DNA of 63,125 bases, the filler included, from Choristocarpus tenellus KU-1152 (Eukaryota > Protista > Phaeophyceae): NCBI GenBank assembly GCA_964200185.2. It is 10 parts of 10 records of this genome, joined end to end, with 100 filler letters (N's around TTAATTAATTAA, not from the genome) between each part and the next. Parts side by side here need not be neighbours in the genome. Positions count along the whole stretch, not along the records: positions 1 to 2,715 come from CAXNAD020025367.1; positions 2,816 to 15,878 come from CAXNAD020001599.1; 8 more parts are not named here. One strand, given 5' to 3'. Position 1 is the first letter of the stretch. Each line of letters starts with the position of its first letter. A program made the translations under genes and the position numbers. Of the stretch, positions 1 through 12,390 are shown piece by piece. The notes under the pieces are model-generated. The model did no database searches and was not told where the DNA came from. It worked only from the letters and a program-made list of their open reading frames with translations.

Positions 1-760
1 CCATGAGGCCCTTGCTGCCTTGCTAGAAGGGTGGGTAGGGTAGCCACCAGTGATCCTACAAAAGCCGCATGCTGGCGGTGTTTCATGGAAGAGAGGCCTA
101 GACCCTCCGCACTTGTAGGCATCTGTGCCAGTACTTGTTGGTGGGTCTCTAGGCGGAGTTTTCGTATTTGTTTTGTTTCTAATGCCACGTTATCTCCCAC
201 CTTGTAGCCATGATGCATAAATTCTATGTTTACCCATATTGACATAGCCACTGATTCACAGGGTGCCTATGTCTCATACTAGCCCAGTATTACCTTCCAC
301 GCGTGACCCTTGAAGGGGGTGGTCCCCTCTACGTCATCCTACACTAAGCCCTCCTGTTCAATTTTTTTTTGTCCTATGGGTTGGTGTGAACAATATACGC
401 AGAGGAAAAGCAACCCACGCACTCTATCACTGCTCGATATAAACTAGTATCTGTCCCAGCTCTACATTTCAAACGATATATAAGCTGCACTTGCTGTACA
501 GTGTTGGCGCAGGTACATTACTCCTACCCTCACACATTAGCTTTTTCATTTTTATCGTGAGCTCCATCGGATACATCCTGTCTGTGGCATAAACGGTGCA
601 CTCTACACCTCGTCCCCGTCTGCCCCTTAGACTGTAAATTTGGCAGGACTCTCAACCCTCTTCCTTTCTGCTGTGTGTACTAACCTAAAAGTGTTGACGT
701 TTATATCCTACCGAATTAGCATGTACTCCCATCTCTGCCAGGGCCACTACCGTAGGAATC
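1..760 (-). mobile_element. Decayed non-LTR retrotransposon (CRE/SLACS-like), region C-terminal to the RT core
   Basis: Minus strand 1-165 reads KLRLETHQQVLAQMPTSAEGLGLSSMKHRQHAAFVGSLVATLPTLL, matching the QAxLxxxxGGLGLxS...AAFVGS motif of CRE-like LINEs. Further frameshifted traces (ALAEMGVHAN near 715-745). No intact ORF; 5' extent approximate. Confidence 0.6.
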
Positions 761-2715
761 GCCCCAATTCATCATTTACACGTCTAAACTTGTTTCAATC
801 CACCAAAATATCGTGGTCAGTCTTTCGTTCATTCTTCTTCTATGGGTTTCGCCAGATACCCCTTGCATTGTGTCCGGATCTACACACTTCACCACCCTTA
901 TTCCCTTCCTACCCAACACCTACCCACAATGTTTTTCATCGTCACAGTCGCCAGTCCCCTTATCTTGTGGGCCTTTTCTTACCATTTCGATATCTGGTTC
1001 TCAAGCATCCCCCCACCTTTTCCATCGGGCTTTTCTCTCTGCCAGTTATCGGAAAGATTATTCGGGTTTTGTCTTGATCTATTGACTCCAGCTTAAAACG
1101 CATGACTCGTCTAGATAGGGCTACTTGCGTTGTGACTGAGACCATCTGGCGTAGGAGGGATTTGATGGCTCCTTTTCCACTATACCTTCCAGTTCCTCTC
1201 CCCCCAGCCACGTGTATAGCTAGCTCATCCAGGAAACATTACGCTTGCCAAAAATTTCCACCGCGAAGGTGTTGAGGATATAACTACGAGGATCAATTGA
1301 ACCTTCATAGTGAGTGCGCCTTATCTATAGGACCAACTACGATATATATTATTATCCCCTCTTTAGCTCTAATATTACTATGCATTTTGATATTTTCTAG
1401 ATCTTTATAGGAGAACCTAACGAAAATTATTATCATTTCTGAAAAACATACTTTTCACCCATCAAGTATTGTACAGTTTGAATATTAAATGTAAGGATCC
1501 TCATACTACACCAACATACATTAGCTCAAATATAATTTGTAACTATTTTCAAACAATTTGGATGAATCGGACGAAGTACGGATTTGGGTTAGGTTCAGGG
1601 TTATGTTGAGACACCTCTCCACTCCACCTTTTTCATCAATTGAGTTGGAGGAGGATGTCGTCCTCTACCTTCCACACAAGCTATTCGTACGATGCTTGAC
1701 GGGCTTGATCGAAGTAGTACACATACTCTACATATGATCTAAAAGGTGTGTGTCATGGGTGATGGGTGATAATGGAGTTTCATAAACGCAATAGTGACCT
1801 GGAAGTCCTAGATTTTATATATTGTAGCTCTTGCGTATATTTCATTTATTCATGGTAAGACCAATAAATTCGCTTCGGCGTTGATGGTAGTCCTTTTTAT
1901 ATCCCCCAATAAAAGAAATAGAACAATCGAAGTGAGAGATACAACATAATCGACGACACACACCTAATTGCGCCCTCTATGAGGGTCATCATTCGCCTAC
2001 AGCAGGCTTGTGGATTAGAGCTACATATCTCATCATAGTAGCCTTCAGAGAGTTTTCTAACACAAAATAGAAGGGGAATCTACTCTTTCCAACAAGGGGA
2101 CAATAAACAAACCTCCCACAACACCCAGATTCACAGTTTGAAATATATACACTACATATGTATGTTCCATCCACATACGTAGGGTGCATGCATGTATATT
2201 GAGCCAAACTATCCTAAAGGGGTGGGCTGATATTGTTAAGGGGTCTCTGTGACTGTTATCTGAATTGCATTTGGCGTCCTTACATCCTCCAGTCCAATGA
2301 CAACACGTCCAGCCACAGGATGATTTCCTCTACATCCAGACTCCTGATGAGGGCTACCTGAATTTCGGCATTAAAACATGACGATTAGAAGCAAGCCCCT
2401 TAACAACGAAATGGACAAGATCCACCTCCATCTAAGATACTCGTATACCCCAAACGACTGGTTCAAAGTGTAAGTCGTATATTTGAGTAATATTCAAAAT
2501 GTACAAGAATAAAATACTCTCCACACATTGAACACTTCCCGTGCAGTACTCTTTTAACACCATAATAGTAGTAGTGCCAATATTTAGAAGTAGTGGTAGT
2601 CTTTATGCTAGTAGTTGCAGTGCTTTGTCTGATGTTAGTTTGGTTTGTAGGCGGCATAGGGAAGTCGTGCAACTCATTTGATCTTGATGTTGAAGAAAAA
2701 GGACTTGCATCTACT

Positions 2716-2815
2716 NNNNNNNNNNNNNNNNNNNNNNNNNNNNNNNNNNNNNNNNNNNNTTAATTAATTAANNNNNNNNNNNNNNNNNNNNNNNNNNNNN
2801 NNNNNNNNNNNNNNN
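2716..2815. other. Artificial contig linker N44-TTAATTAATTAA-N44
   Basis: Identical 100-nt spacer with stops in all six frames, found 9 times in the window. Confidence 0.98.
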
Positions 2816-3213
2816 CAGGCCCTGGCTGTTTGGAAGCTATGTGAGCCAGAGTGGCTTAAGGAAACGAGAAAGAAGGTGTTAGGGTTGGGGTACAAGGGCT
2901 CTGAATCCCAAAAGATGATCGAAAGGGCTCGCAAGGTGGAGGAGAATGCGATCGTAGTAAAGGCAGCTTTGGAGACTTTTCGATAACACCAAATCCTTTA
3001 CTCAGAAGAGGTCGCGAAGCAGGTGGAGGTAGCCATCGTCGAGGATGCCAGGGAAGAAGAGGAGGTGAGATTGAGACTCTTTGCATACCGGTGGTTTGGT
3101 GTCTCCCACTTCTTGGTCAGACGTATAAAGTTAATTAAGGCTTTCTCCCCCACCTGCATTCATTCGAGAAATCAACACAATTTTCGATCAGCTCAAGTCT
3201 GTCCTCCCTCTCC

Positions 3214-3560
3214 CATGCGCCTTGATGAAATATCACCTGCCCAGGGAATACGGGCGATGCCCATTTCCGGCGTTCAACAAGGAAATGTGGATGTAAAGGC
3301 TCTAATACTGCGAATCCTGTACCTGTGTATGAACGGCGGGAAAGACTGTCAAATGGTGCTCAAGATGGCAGCAGGATATGCGATGATCGGGTCGGAAACT
3401 GTGAGTAATTGGGAAAGAGACTTCCTAACTAAGGGCCACATCATGGTGTCCGAGCAAGGGCACTACGAGAGGCGTTTCGTTCTGGGCGTCGACGAGGACA
3501 TCCTTGCCGAGGTCAAAGATTGGGTGCGCAAAAACACAGGAAGAAAGGATAGGGAGGCTT
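3214..3560 (+). mobile_element. N-terminal fragment of a DDE DNA transposase (IS630/Tc1-related), truncated
   Basis: ORF 3023-3595 contains TVSNWERDFLTKGHIMVSEQGHYERRFVLGVDEDILAEVKDWVRKN, resembling the W..xF...G.+..S.QG+H......L.DED+...++.W++.N segment of eukaryotic IS630/Tc1-like transposases. No catalytic domain follows. Confidence 0.55.
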
Positions 3561-3564
3561 TTTT

Positions 3565-3785
3565 CCCGTCTAAACCCTACACTTTAATCAAGTAATAGTG
3601 TATGTGTTGTCACTCTTGGTGACCTACAATCCAGAGTTCGAACTCCAATATGAGCGGTCTTTCTTAAAAAAAATACAAAAATAGCGAAAACAAACAAAGT
3701 CCGTACTCTGGAGGGCCTTGTGGTGGGCATCACGAATATGCTTTTATTTTTTAGATCCGATGTCTATATCAAACGTTATGACGGG
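3565..3785. mobile_element. Candidate 221-bp MITE truncating the transposase
   Basis: Imperfect 11-bp inverted ends CCCGTCTAAAC (3565-3575) and GTTATGACGGG (3775-3785); no clear TSD. Confidence 0.3.
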
Positions 3786-3829
3786 ACAACCCCAGAGGGT
3801 GAAGTTACTACTACTACTACACCACACAA

Positions 3830-4317
3830 AATACAGGCTATATGCCACTGTTCAGGAAACTCCATTTTTTCTCGTGTTTGGAAGGCGCCCAATTTTACCA
3901 TTTGATCTTATTTTGGGGGTACTTGTGGCCACCCCCATACCCGTGCAAGAATTCAGTACGAGAACAGTGGAAACTTACAGGTAGCTTACGAACTTGCCCG
4001 GCCAAATATTGTTGAGATTGCACTGAAGAACAAATCTTAGAGTGTGAACCATAAACTCCCACGATACGGGCCTGGAGATAAAGTGTGGCTTCACAAACCA
4101 CATACTTTAGCTGATGCACCGAAACCCAAGTTATTGTCCCCATGAGGAGGACCTTATGGAGTGAAGGGACCCAAAGTATCTGGAGGGGGGTGGGAGGTCT
4201 ACACCAGGGTGTCCTTTTGGGGAAAAACCATGAAAAGCACATTTACATTATCCATCCAACGTATGCAACCAAATTGCCCAAAAATTGCGACATGGAAAAA
4301 ATGGGCCCCAAATGGAC

Positions 4318-4356
<39 letters not shown>

Positions 4357-4421
4357 NNNNNNNNNNGGGGGTCGCCCCCCCTCCACCCAACACACAAACA
4401 AAAAACAAAAAACAACAGAAC

Positions 4422-4454
<33 letters not shown>

Positions 4455-4900
4455 AGATACTTTGAGCCAGGCACGTATAACAACCGTTGTTTATCGCGTA
4501 AAACGCTTGGAAGACCAACGTGAAGTGACAGTACGTGTGCCCAGACTTGAACCCTTTTAAGGAAGGAGCAGCCACTGAATCCGACATAGATGCCCTTAAT
4601 TCACTCTTTTTAGGCCGGACATTACCTGAACCAAATCTTGATCTGGGGTCAAAGACACAGCCAACTATTGGGTCTTACAGTGTAAAAGGCGTTGGTGACC
4701 ATAAGCAAGGTGTAGGAAGGACCACTCGCAATTTATATACCGGCTTCGCCCTCAAGGATATTCACCGGGCAGTGGTGTATGGTGCAAACCCACTGAAATA
4801 CCTGAATATGCAGAGATGATCGCAGTCTGTAAGGAAGAGAACAAGCTGGACCTCCCTAGTGTAAGAGCACTGGCCAAGCGACTTGTCAAAAAAGAAAGAC
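3830..4900 (+). mobile_element. Decayed Ty3/Gypsy integrase C-terminus (GPY/F module, possible chromodomain), interrupted by a MITE
   Basis: ETPFFLVFGRRPILPFDL, then PGDKVWLHKP, PKLLSP*GGPYGVK|ARITTVVYRVKRLED, then YSVKGVGDHK. Stops and frameshifts present. Possible polypurine tract AGATGGGGAAGA-TG near 5069-5082 (speculative). Confidence 0.8.
4168..4468. mobile_element. MITE family A, full copy with assembly gap
   Basis: Inverted ends GACCCAAAGTATCTGGAGGG ... CCCCAGATACTTTGAGCC; AGG duplicated at 4165-4167 and 4469-4471; related to copies at 25307, 59785 and 62982. Confidence 0.9.
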
Positions 4901-6179
4901 ACCTGCCACTACAACAGTCGAAGAACTTGAATTACCAACCGGACGTCCACCTAATAGCAACCAAGCCTCATCTGATACTTGTGATATCCCTCATTGTGGA
5001 CCGGAAAGTGCGATGAATGCCTCTATACTAGTGGGTTGCCAGCCTTGTGAGTTGCCACTAGATTCCACAGATGGGGAAGATGTTTCTTTTTCATTACCAA
5101 GAGGATGGAAGCAACGCCGATTACTTCTTGAAGACTATACCATGGCTCAGTCCGGATGGTATTTCGAGCTTATCTATCAGGAAACTCGGAGCTCGTGGTG
5201 TAGAAAGATAGCTCTTATCCGGAGACACAAACACAGGTTGGTCCTATCTGTGAGAGGCATGCATCTTGTTCAAAATATTATTACAACACGTATAGTAATT
5301 TTTTTACACAAAACAAAGAAATGCACGTGCAACAAATTTTGAAGTCCAACTTTCTGGTTGTCCAGAGGCAAGTTGTTCTGTACCAGAGTTGACAACAAGA
5401 GATGATGAGTTTTCCATTCACTTTTGACACTATCCCCAGAACACTCCCCAATAGATTACTCGATGTACCAAAGCTGTAGTGATACTGAGCTTCATACACT
5501 TCAATCACCAGGGGTACGTAGGAGACAGGCAGGTCTACGCCATTTTGCTCACTACGCTTTCCACCTGTTAACACAGATTTCTCTTGGACTAGAGTGCTAC
5601 CTAGGGCTGATCACCACAAGTGCTCGACTATTCATTTTTTTCCCCTCCCTGAGTTGAGTCATCCAGAATGTTTTTGATTTTTTTCCTCAAAGGTGGACCT
5701 GTCCGACATGAAGTGCTGGCCAGCTACTTTTGTCTTCTTGTCGGATGGAACCTACACGGGGGGGAGGGTAATGTCAGGGACAGGTTCCTTTTTTGGGATC
5801 TCTGACACACACATTTGATGGATTTGACGCGTGGCCATATACATATGTGCGCCCCAACCACGTCGTTGGAACTTGCCCATATCGACCAGTCACAAAACCA
5901 GACACACCCATAAGATTTGGATTCGACCAAACAGTCAGAAGGAATGTCAGAACGTAGATCCATTCCAATTCTGACTGATCCATTTCCCTGCTGTGACGTT
6001 GCTCAGTCATCCTGTTACATCTGTTGTGCACTAAGGTTTTTGTTTCTGTTTTGATTTTTCTCAACTGACTTTGAGATGCTGGACCAAGACCTGTGAAACT
6101 CGGTCCCACCCTCTGTGGTGGAAGCGTTCAGTCCGGTGATTGCGATCGCCCCCTTTTGCAGAGAGCTTTGGCGCCTTGA

Positions 6180-6340
6180 CACTTCCACAGATTTAATAAC
6201 AGAGGCTTCCCTCAGTGACAACTGTTGTCGTTGTTGAAAAATACCCCAAATTGTTACATCACATATCGTAGTATATCTACTTCTCCCTCCTCTATGTCGA
6301 ATTTGTCCTCCAAAGTCGCTTGCAGCTATTGATTGCAAGT
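6180..6340 (-). mobile_element. Possible decayed Ty3/Gypsy reverse transcriptase remnant
   Basis: Frameshifted ATLEDKFDI / SRYTTICDV resembles the Gypsy RT segment PxLEDxLDxxxGAxYxTxxD. Confidence 0.35.
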
Positions 6341-8211
6341 AGCCAAATATTGACCTCGCGGGGGATATTAGTGGTGATGAGTTTGGACGGGAGGGGAATT
6401 AATCCACAGCAACTTATTGAAGCGAGCAGTTATTCACAGCCTAGGAGCGTATCTTTAGGCAATCTTAGTATGGTACAGTGAAGTAGTTCTTCTTTCGATT
6501 CTTGTGGTGGATGTTCATATTACCACTAATTCCTCTATCTTTACGACTGAGCAATATTGTCCTCCCCTTTAACCCATTGCACATTCTGTCCAAGAAGGGC
6601 TATGCAGAGCTCCAGTAGGTCATGGATATCCTAGATTAAGGGCTTTGCAGGGGGGTCATGTTCCCATGACAGGAGGCGAGAGGAACTTCGTACTGATTAT
6701 ATCCCAATACTCCTGCCAGAACTTCCAGACCTGGGTGGTCTTCTTTCTGTTTAATGGAATAGGAAAAGTGCCTGTATTTGTTCATCTATGGTACCTAAGA
6801 ATGCCGAGAAATCACTCTGTAGTGACGGCTCTGTCTCCATTTTTATTGCAATGATTAAATTGTGTTGCGTGTACAAAATGAGATAGACTACTACCCACAT
6901 TACTACCTTATACCTCAAGAAGCATATATATAATTCTTTCAATGTTAACCTTCTTTTGCCTACTGTGATGCTGTCGCCCTCCGCCCTAATTTTATCATCA
7001 TTCCTTGTTAAACCTGCAAAGGGAGCAACTCTATATCACCACTGCGATCTTCAAAGTCCTCTCTAGGACCTTTGAATAATTTCTCAATACAGACTACCCA
7101 ATCATGCTGAGAAGATGGACATCCAGGTCGATAATACTACCAATTTAAGGCTCTCGGATTGTGCCAATGTAGTAGTGGTGTATCACAAACGTATTTTTAC
7201 GTCGCATAGTTGATTTGTTTTTATCATTGTTATTGCTCTCTTCTTGCTCTCTCTATTCATATATTATTGATCTTTTTGGTGTCGCTACTACTTAATTATA
7301 TATACAGTCAATGATGACCGCTGCTAGTGCTGCTGTCGCAGGTGAGATGCCGTCGTTCCTACCTACCTACTGTTCTTGTTGAAAAATATGTCATCTTCAC
7401 AACAAGAAAAAAGACGATTATATCATGATTCACCCATCACGTCACTCCAGTATATTACCAGAGATTGCAGCGACATTTTGGAAGAAGAGGGTTTTTTGTA
7501 TGTGTTCTTCATTTTGTCTTACCCTATTAGAAATGTAGTCACTTGAATTTGCGACCTACCCAGCTGAAGATTTATTTTTCGATTTCAGTACATAGCTCCC
7601 ACTGCAATCACGAGTGGAAGCATCGTAAGACGAAGAGAAACCCGTTTTGAGCTCATTGTCACTCGGAACGGCACCAAAGTAATCACAGGAAAGGCTTTGT
7701 GCTTACTTGAAATTGATGGAATCGAATGCCTTTCTTGAGGATTATCATTATTAGTAAATTTTACTAGATATCATGAGTCTGTCTGAAAAATCATCCACAA
7801 CTGTCCGCAAGTACATCCTTTGAATAATGGAGGCATTCAACCCCTTAAACTTGGTTCTCTGTAATAATAATAGTCCCCCAACTATACTTGTTTCCTTTCC
7901 CAAACCTTTTTTCTTATCCTGTGCTCTACAAAAGCAAAAAGAATTGACCACTAAAGGAAGACACCAGGATGTCAGGGCTACGTAGTAGTTCCACTGGACA
8001 CTCACTTCTATCTTGTCGACACCACCCTCCCCCTACATTTCCATTCCCCCAATATTATGGCACCTCACCCCTGATGATTCAAAGAGGAAGGGCATCGATC
8101 CGGACTGAATGCTTCCCTCAATCAAAATGCACTATTGAACTCAAACTTGAGGTATAACAACAGTTACACGTCGGGTGGGTCCTTGAAATATAGCAAAATT
8201 GAATATGTACT

Positions 8212-8313
8212 GAGTCAAAGTATCTTAGAGTGTAGAGCCACATCCGTTTGGAGTCCAAAATCCAATGTTGCGATTTCAATGAAATTTTGGTCATCGTGTT
8301 TGTTAGGAAGTAT
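8212..8313 (+). mobile_element. MITE family B, 5' fragment
   Basis: GAGTCAAAGTATCTTAGAG...CCAAAATCCAATGTTGCGATT...GTGTTTGTTAGGAAGT matches the full copies at 20187, 26870 and 28150. Confidence 0.85.
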
Positions 8314-8493
8314 CATAGGTAGATTCCTAGAATATCGTGATTTGCTCACTGGACTGCATACCTTAGTCATCGTACACACCCCGTTTCTTCCCGATTGTGT
8401 TGGTAGGTACTTAAAAGTATGTAATCATTAATCTCTTTAGTGGTAAGCTACATTCGGTAGACTCTATCGCAACATTTACAAATGATCCGGAGA

Positions 8494-10421
8494 GAGTCAA
8501 GTAAACGGAGAGGTAGGCAGGGTTGCATTTAAAGCACCCTGAGAAAATGCACAAAGACTCAATTTTGTGTAATTGCAGGGAGAGCCTTTGCTTGATTGTG
8601 GTGTCACTTTGTGTGTGGAAAGGGGGAATATCAATTTTGCGTATAATATTATGCGCATGGAGCAATGAAATAGAGTGTGCTGCATAGGGTAAGAAAGATA
8701 GCTTAGAATCCAAAAAGAGTCCAAACCTGCGTACCTGTTCATTTGTTTGGCTCTGAACATACACAAACAGGTCAATTACTCCGTGAGGCATTCAAGACAA
8801 TTAATCTTGAATCCTTTCTGGTCTTATTGTGGAGAATCTTCCAAGGTAGTCAAACGCTGATGCCTCACTTCCCCAAGCCAAGTAAAAATGTGGGGGGGAG
8901 GGGGATTTTCTATCCTTCATAATTACAAGCTACTGATATCAGAGCCTTGATCGATGAGCACGTGTACAACTCGCTTCCATTTATCTATACACCAGAAACA
9001 AGCACAGTCTACCTAGAGTTTCAGATTAGAGTCTAAACCTTTTTCTGGAATCAAGAAGCTTATATTGTAATTTGTTCGGCTTATTATATCAATGTTCCCA
9101 CATTAAACTTTTTAATCTTACTGTCGCCACAATTATATCATGAGTAAATCTGATACGTGAATATTGATCGGCACAATAGTGAAGGAGATCTTTGCTATTT
9201 CCAGCGGTTTGATAAGTGAGCCAAGGTAAACGAGAAGTACCCAGGTTTAGTCGTTCTACATTTTAACCTAGTGTTTCAATCTTTTGCGATTCACCCATAT
9301 TTGTATGCATGAAGTGCTACGTTTACTTGAGAGAATTTGTTTCTCTATAGTTTGAGACCTTTTTGACGAATTCAAAAGATATCCTATGCGCTCTTGAAAA
9401 AAAGGGGAATTTTGCGCATATTTGTCAGCATCCGTAAAATGCAACTCTTCGTACCCCTCGCTTAGTTCGACTCAGGTGGTATCAATATGCAGGAGCTTGA
9501 GATATGGTGTAGTTATGCCATGCAGTCTCGGTCATCATTAACCACGATGCATGCTATGCTGGGATTTGTTTGAATACAATGTGCACATACCTAAGAAATG
9601 AACTTCAGAGACATGAGCAAAATCAATTGAGAAGTAGGGTGGTTTGGACCTTTCTGCATTCTAAGCCATATTTCTTGCCCTGTGCAATACAATACTTCTG
9701 TTACAGGTGAATAGCGCGAGCATTTCTTCTCATGTTTTAGCAAACACGAACATTTGTGACAGACGAATAGTGCGAGGATTGTTTCTCGCGTTCTAACAAG
9801 TGCAAACAATATACGAGATTAGTAACACATAGGTAGCCTTACAGATTAAATGCTGATTTCGTAGAAGATACAGAGTAAGATTCGTAATGCATACGTAACA
9901 TTACAGGAAAAAATGTCGAAGTTCCTAAGAAGTTGCAGAATAAAGGTTTATGGTTGAAGTACGTATAGAGCAGTTGCATAGAAGACCAAACAAATTGGGT
10001 GGATGATGAAAATAAAAAGAGGGCTTTTGGTGAAAACACCTTTATCCCCCTTACCTGTCTCTTTATCTTGAACGAAATTTTGAGTCGAGCTTTGAGCTAA
10101 GCAATGAGTGGAATATCAAGAGAGAAGACTATCTGACACCCTACAAACTGTTACTAAGGGCAATGTCCCCATAGCGTTGTTTTAAGGTCGTTGGATTTGA
10201 GTTACACATCCTGTGGAGGCGAGTTCAGGCATGCAGTAACACTTCATTGCTGTATGTATATAATAGCGTACAAAAACATGATTTCCCCCCTCCTGTACAT
10301 AAATAGTGACACCACATACCAAAAAAGGCTTTTTCTGCAATTTCTAGAACTTGAGTTTTTATTGCCTTTCTCAGGATCCTTGGAATGCAACCCTAACCCT
10401 ACCTCTCGGTTGGTTTTACTC
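8494..10421. mobile_element. Family C: two diverged ~180-bp inverted copies (8494-~8672 and ~10241-10421), either long TIRs of one old element or two insertions
   Basis: Reverse complement of 8494-8672 aligns with 10241-10421 (shared blocks TTCATTGCT, AGTGACACCACA, CTGCAATT, TTTCTCAGG, AATGCAACCCT, CTACCTCTC); both end in a GAGT terminus; no TSD. Confidence 0.65.
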
Positions 10422-11319
10422 ATGTTAAGTTTTTATCTTGATGGTGATTGGAAACTAACTTTCATCTTCCGTTAAATTGTGTCATGTTATACTCCACCGT
10501 AGTGATCCGGTTCAATGGCACGACCCCTACCCTGACAAATTGAGCAAGACCTTTCACTGTGCTTGACCGACGTGTTGGTCTTCCATGACATGTGATGCCA
10601 GGTTGTTCCTTGCAATACGTGAGGAAAGGGAATAATACGTATCTTGTGGTGAACGTACACGAAATTCTGCTACTTTTTACTTCCAATATCAAAACAAAAC
10701 AAAAAAATAGCATGAAATATCAAATGTCAAGCAAAAAACATTTTGATACAATATCAAATATCACGAGTTTTGGACGTTTTTTAAAGAATAATCTTCCAAC
10801 TATCAAACTTGTTTCTGATATATCATTCCCTGGTTGGTTTCCTGACATATCTGGAAAATGTCAGAGGGCATAAAAAATATATATATCATACAAATTTAGA
10901 AACCCGTAACTAATCACAGACATTGAGGAGATAAATGTTGACCTGGTTGTATATCGTACTTTCCTTTCCGACATATCAAAATTTCGTATCTATCTCAGTA
11001 TCTCACAAAAAGATACCTCCGTTTACACCCACCCTAACCTGTCACTGTTGTGATGGAAGCAGTATGTATTAATGGAGGTTATGACGTAAGTCGGAAGTAT
11101 CGACAGTAGCATGGTCTTAAAAAAAGCGATGGAAGCGATGTCTATTCTGCCTTCGTTGCATGCTCATACCTGCAAGGTTAGGTTCTGTTGAGGGCCATCA
11201 TTACAACCCAACCTACAGTTATAATTGCACACTTCACCTCCTACAGCAGAGGTCATTTAGGGCACACATATTTATTGTCTTGCCTAGGATGCTAAAAACT
11301 AAACGAGGTAAGATAATCT

Positions 11320-11460
11320 CTTGAGCTGGAATCGGTCTGTCATGCATTGACCCGGAAGAAAAAATCCATGCTTTCACGATATCGTGATATAGAAGAGAGA
11401 TATCGCAAACTAAGACTTTGGTGGACTGGTTATTCCGTACAGACCGACGAGAAGAGTCAG
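11320..11460 (+). mobile_element. Possible decayed RTE-like LINE 3' fragment
   Basis: MLSRYRDIEERYRKLRLWWTGYSVQTDEK resembles the post-RT motif LSYRD...IExxxRxRRLxWAGxxxRMxD of RTE-clade elements. Confidence 0.4.
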
Positions 11461-12390
11461 GTTCGACTACAGTGGAATAAGACACGACAAGGCACTTATC
11501 ACAAAAGCTCCATCTTGAGATTTTATTCATTGTACACTTCATACAATGACCGCTACGATTTTTAAGTGAACATATGAAACATAATTTTTAAGTGAACCAC
11601 CTACGATTTTCGTCACCAGATGGAAATATCTTTTAGACATAAAGATCACGCCTAAACCATTGTCATGTAGAAAATCAACCAACAACACATTTTTCCAAAT
11701 TCAAAGTGCCACAAACAGTTTTATGCCAGAATTGATCTTATCCATCATTTTTCACTGAATCTATGAACAGGTGGATCATGCTAAATGACTGAGCACCTAC
11801 GCCAAAAAACACTGCAAAGTGCCAACAGACTCCTGCAATTGGACAGCAAAATGGATGCTTGCCAGCCAAGAGAAAAGAAATCATTTTCCACAACCTATCT
11901 GTACTATCTAATACAGCTTATGTGAACCCCAACTAAAAGCGAAAACTGCATTTAACCTGAACTTAAAACGTTTTCTAAAAACACAGGGGGAAATATAAAA
12001 CGAAAAAACAATAAGGATCTATTTATTGATCCAACTTCACAACACGACTAAAACAACGACCGCTCTACTTGCAATTGCTAGACCTCCATTTTCTCATGTC
12101 TCTCACTGTCTCCTGGAACTGTCAAGCTGTCCTGATCTATCTCGGGAGACCACAGAAGCTGAACCAAAACTAATTTCTATGATAATACTCAAGACCAGAT
12201 TCAAAAACACAAGCTCACTTGAACAACATCCACACACCTATTCAAATCCGCTTCATCAGTGTAGCCCTCTTAATCACAACAGCCCACCAGGTCATCTTGC
12301 AGAACAAGTACTTGCTAAACCACTTCTTTTCGACCTGAAAAGTACTTCAGTCGTTTCCTAAACAAATTTCTTCACATCTGTTCGTCCAAA

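Noticed and set aside
4142-4587. Poly-Pro and poly-Gly ORFs
   Set aside because: Derived from long C runs around a 10-N gap inside a MITE whose other copies have only short runs; probably a sequencing or assembly artefact
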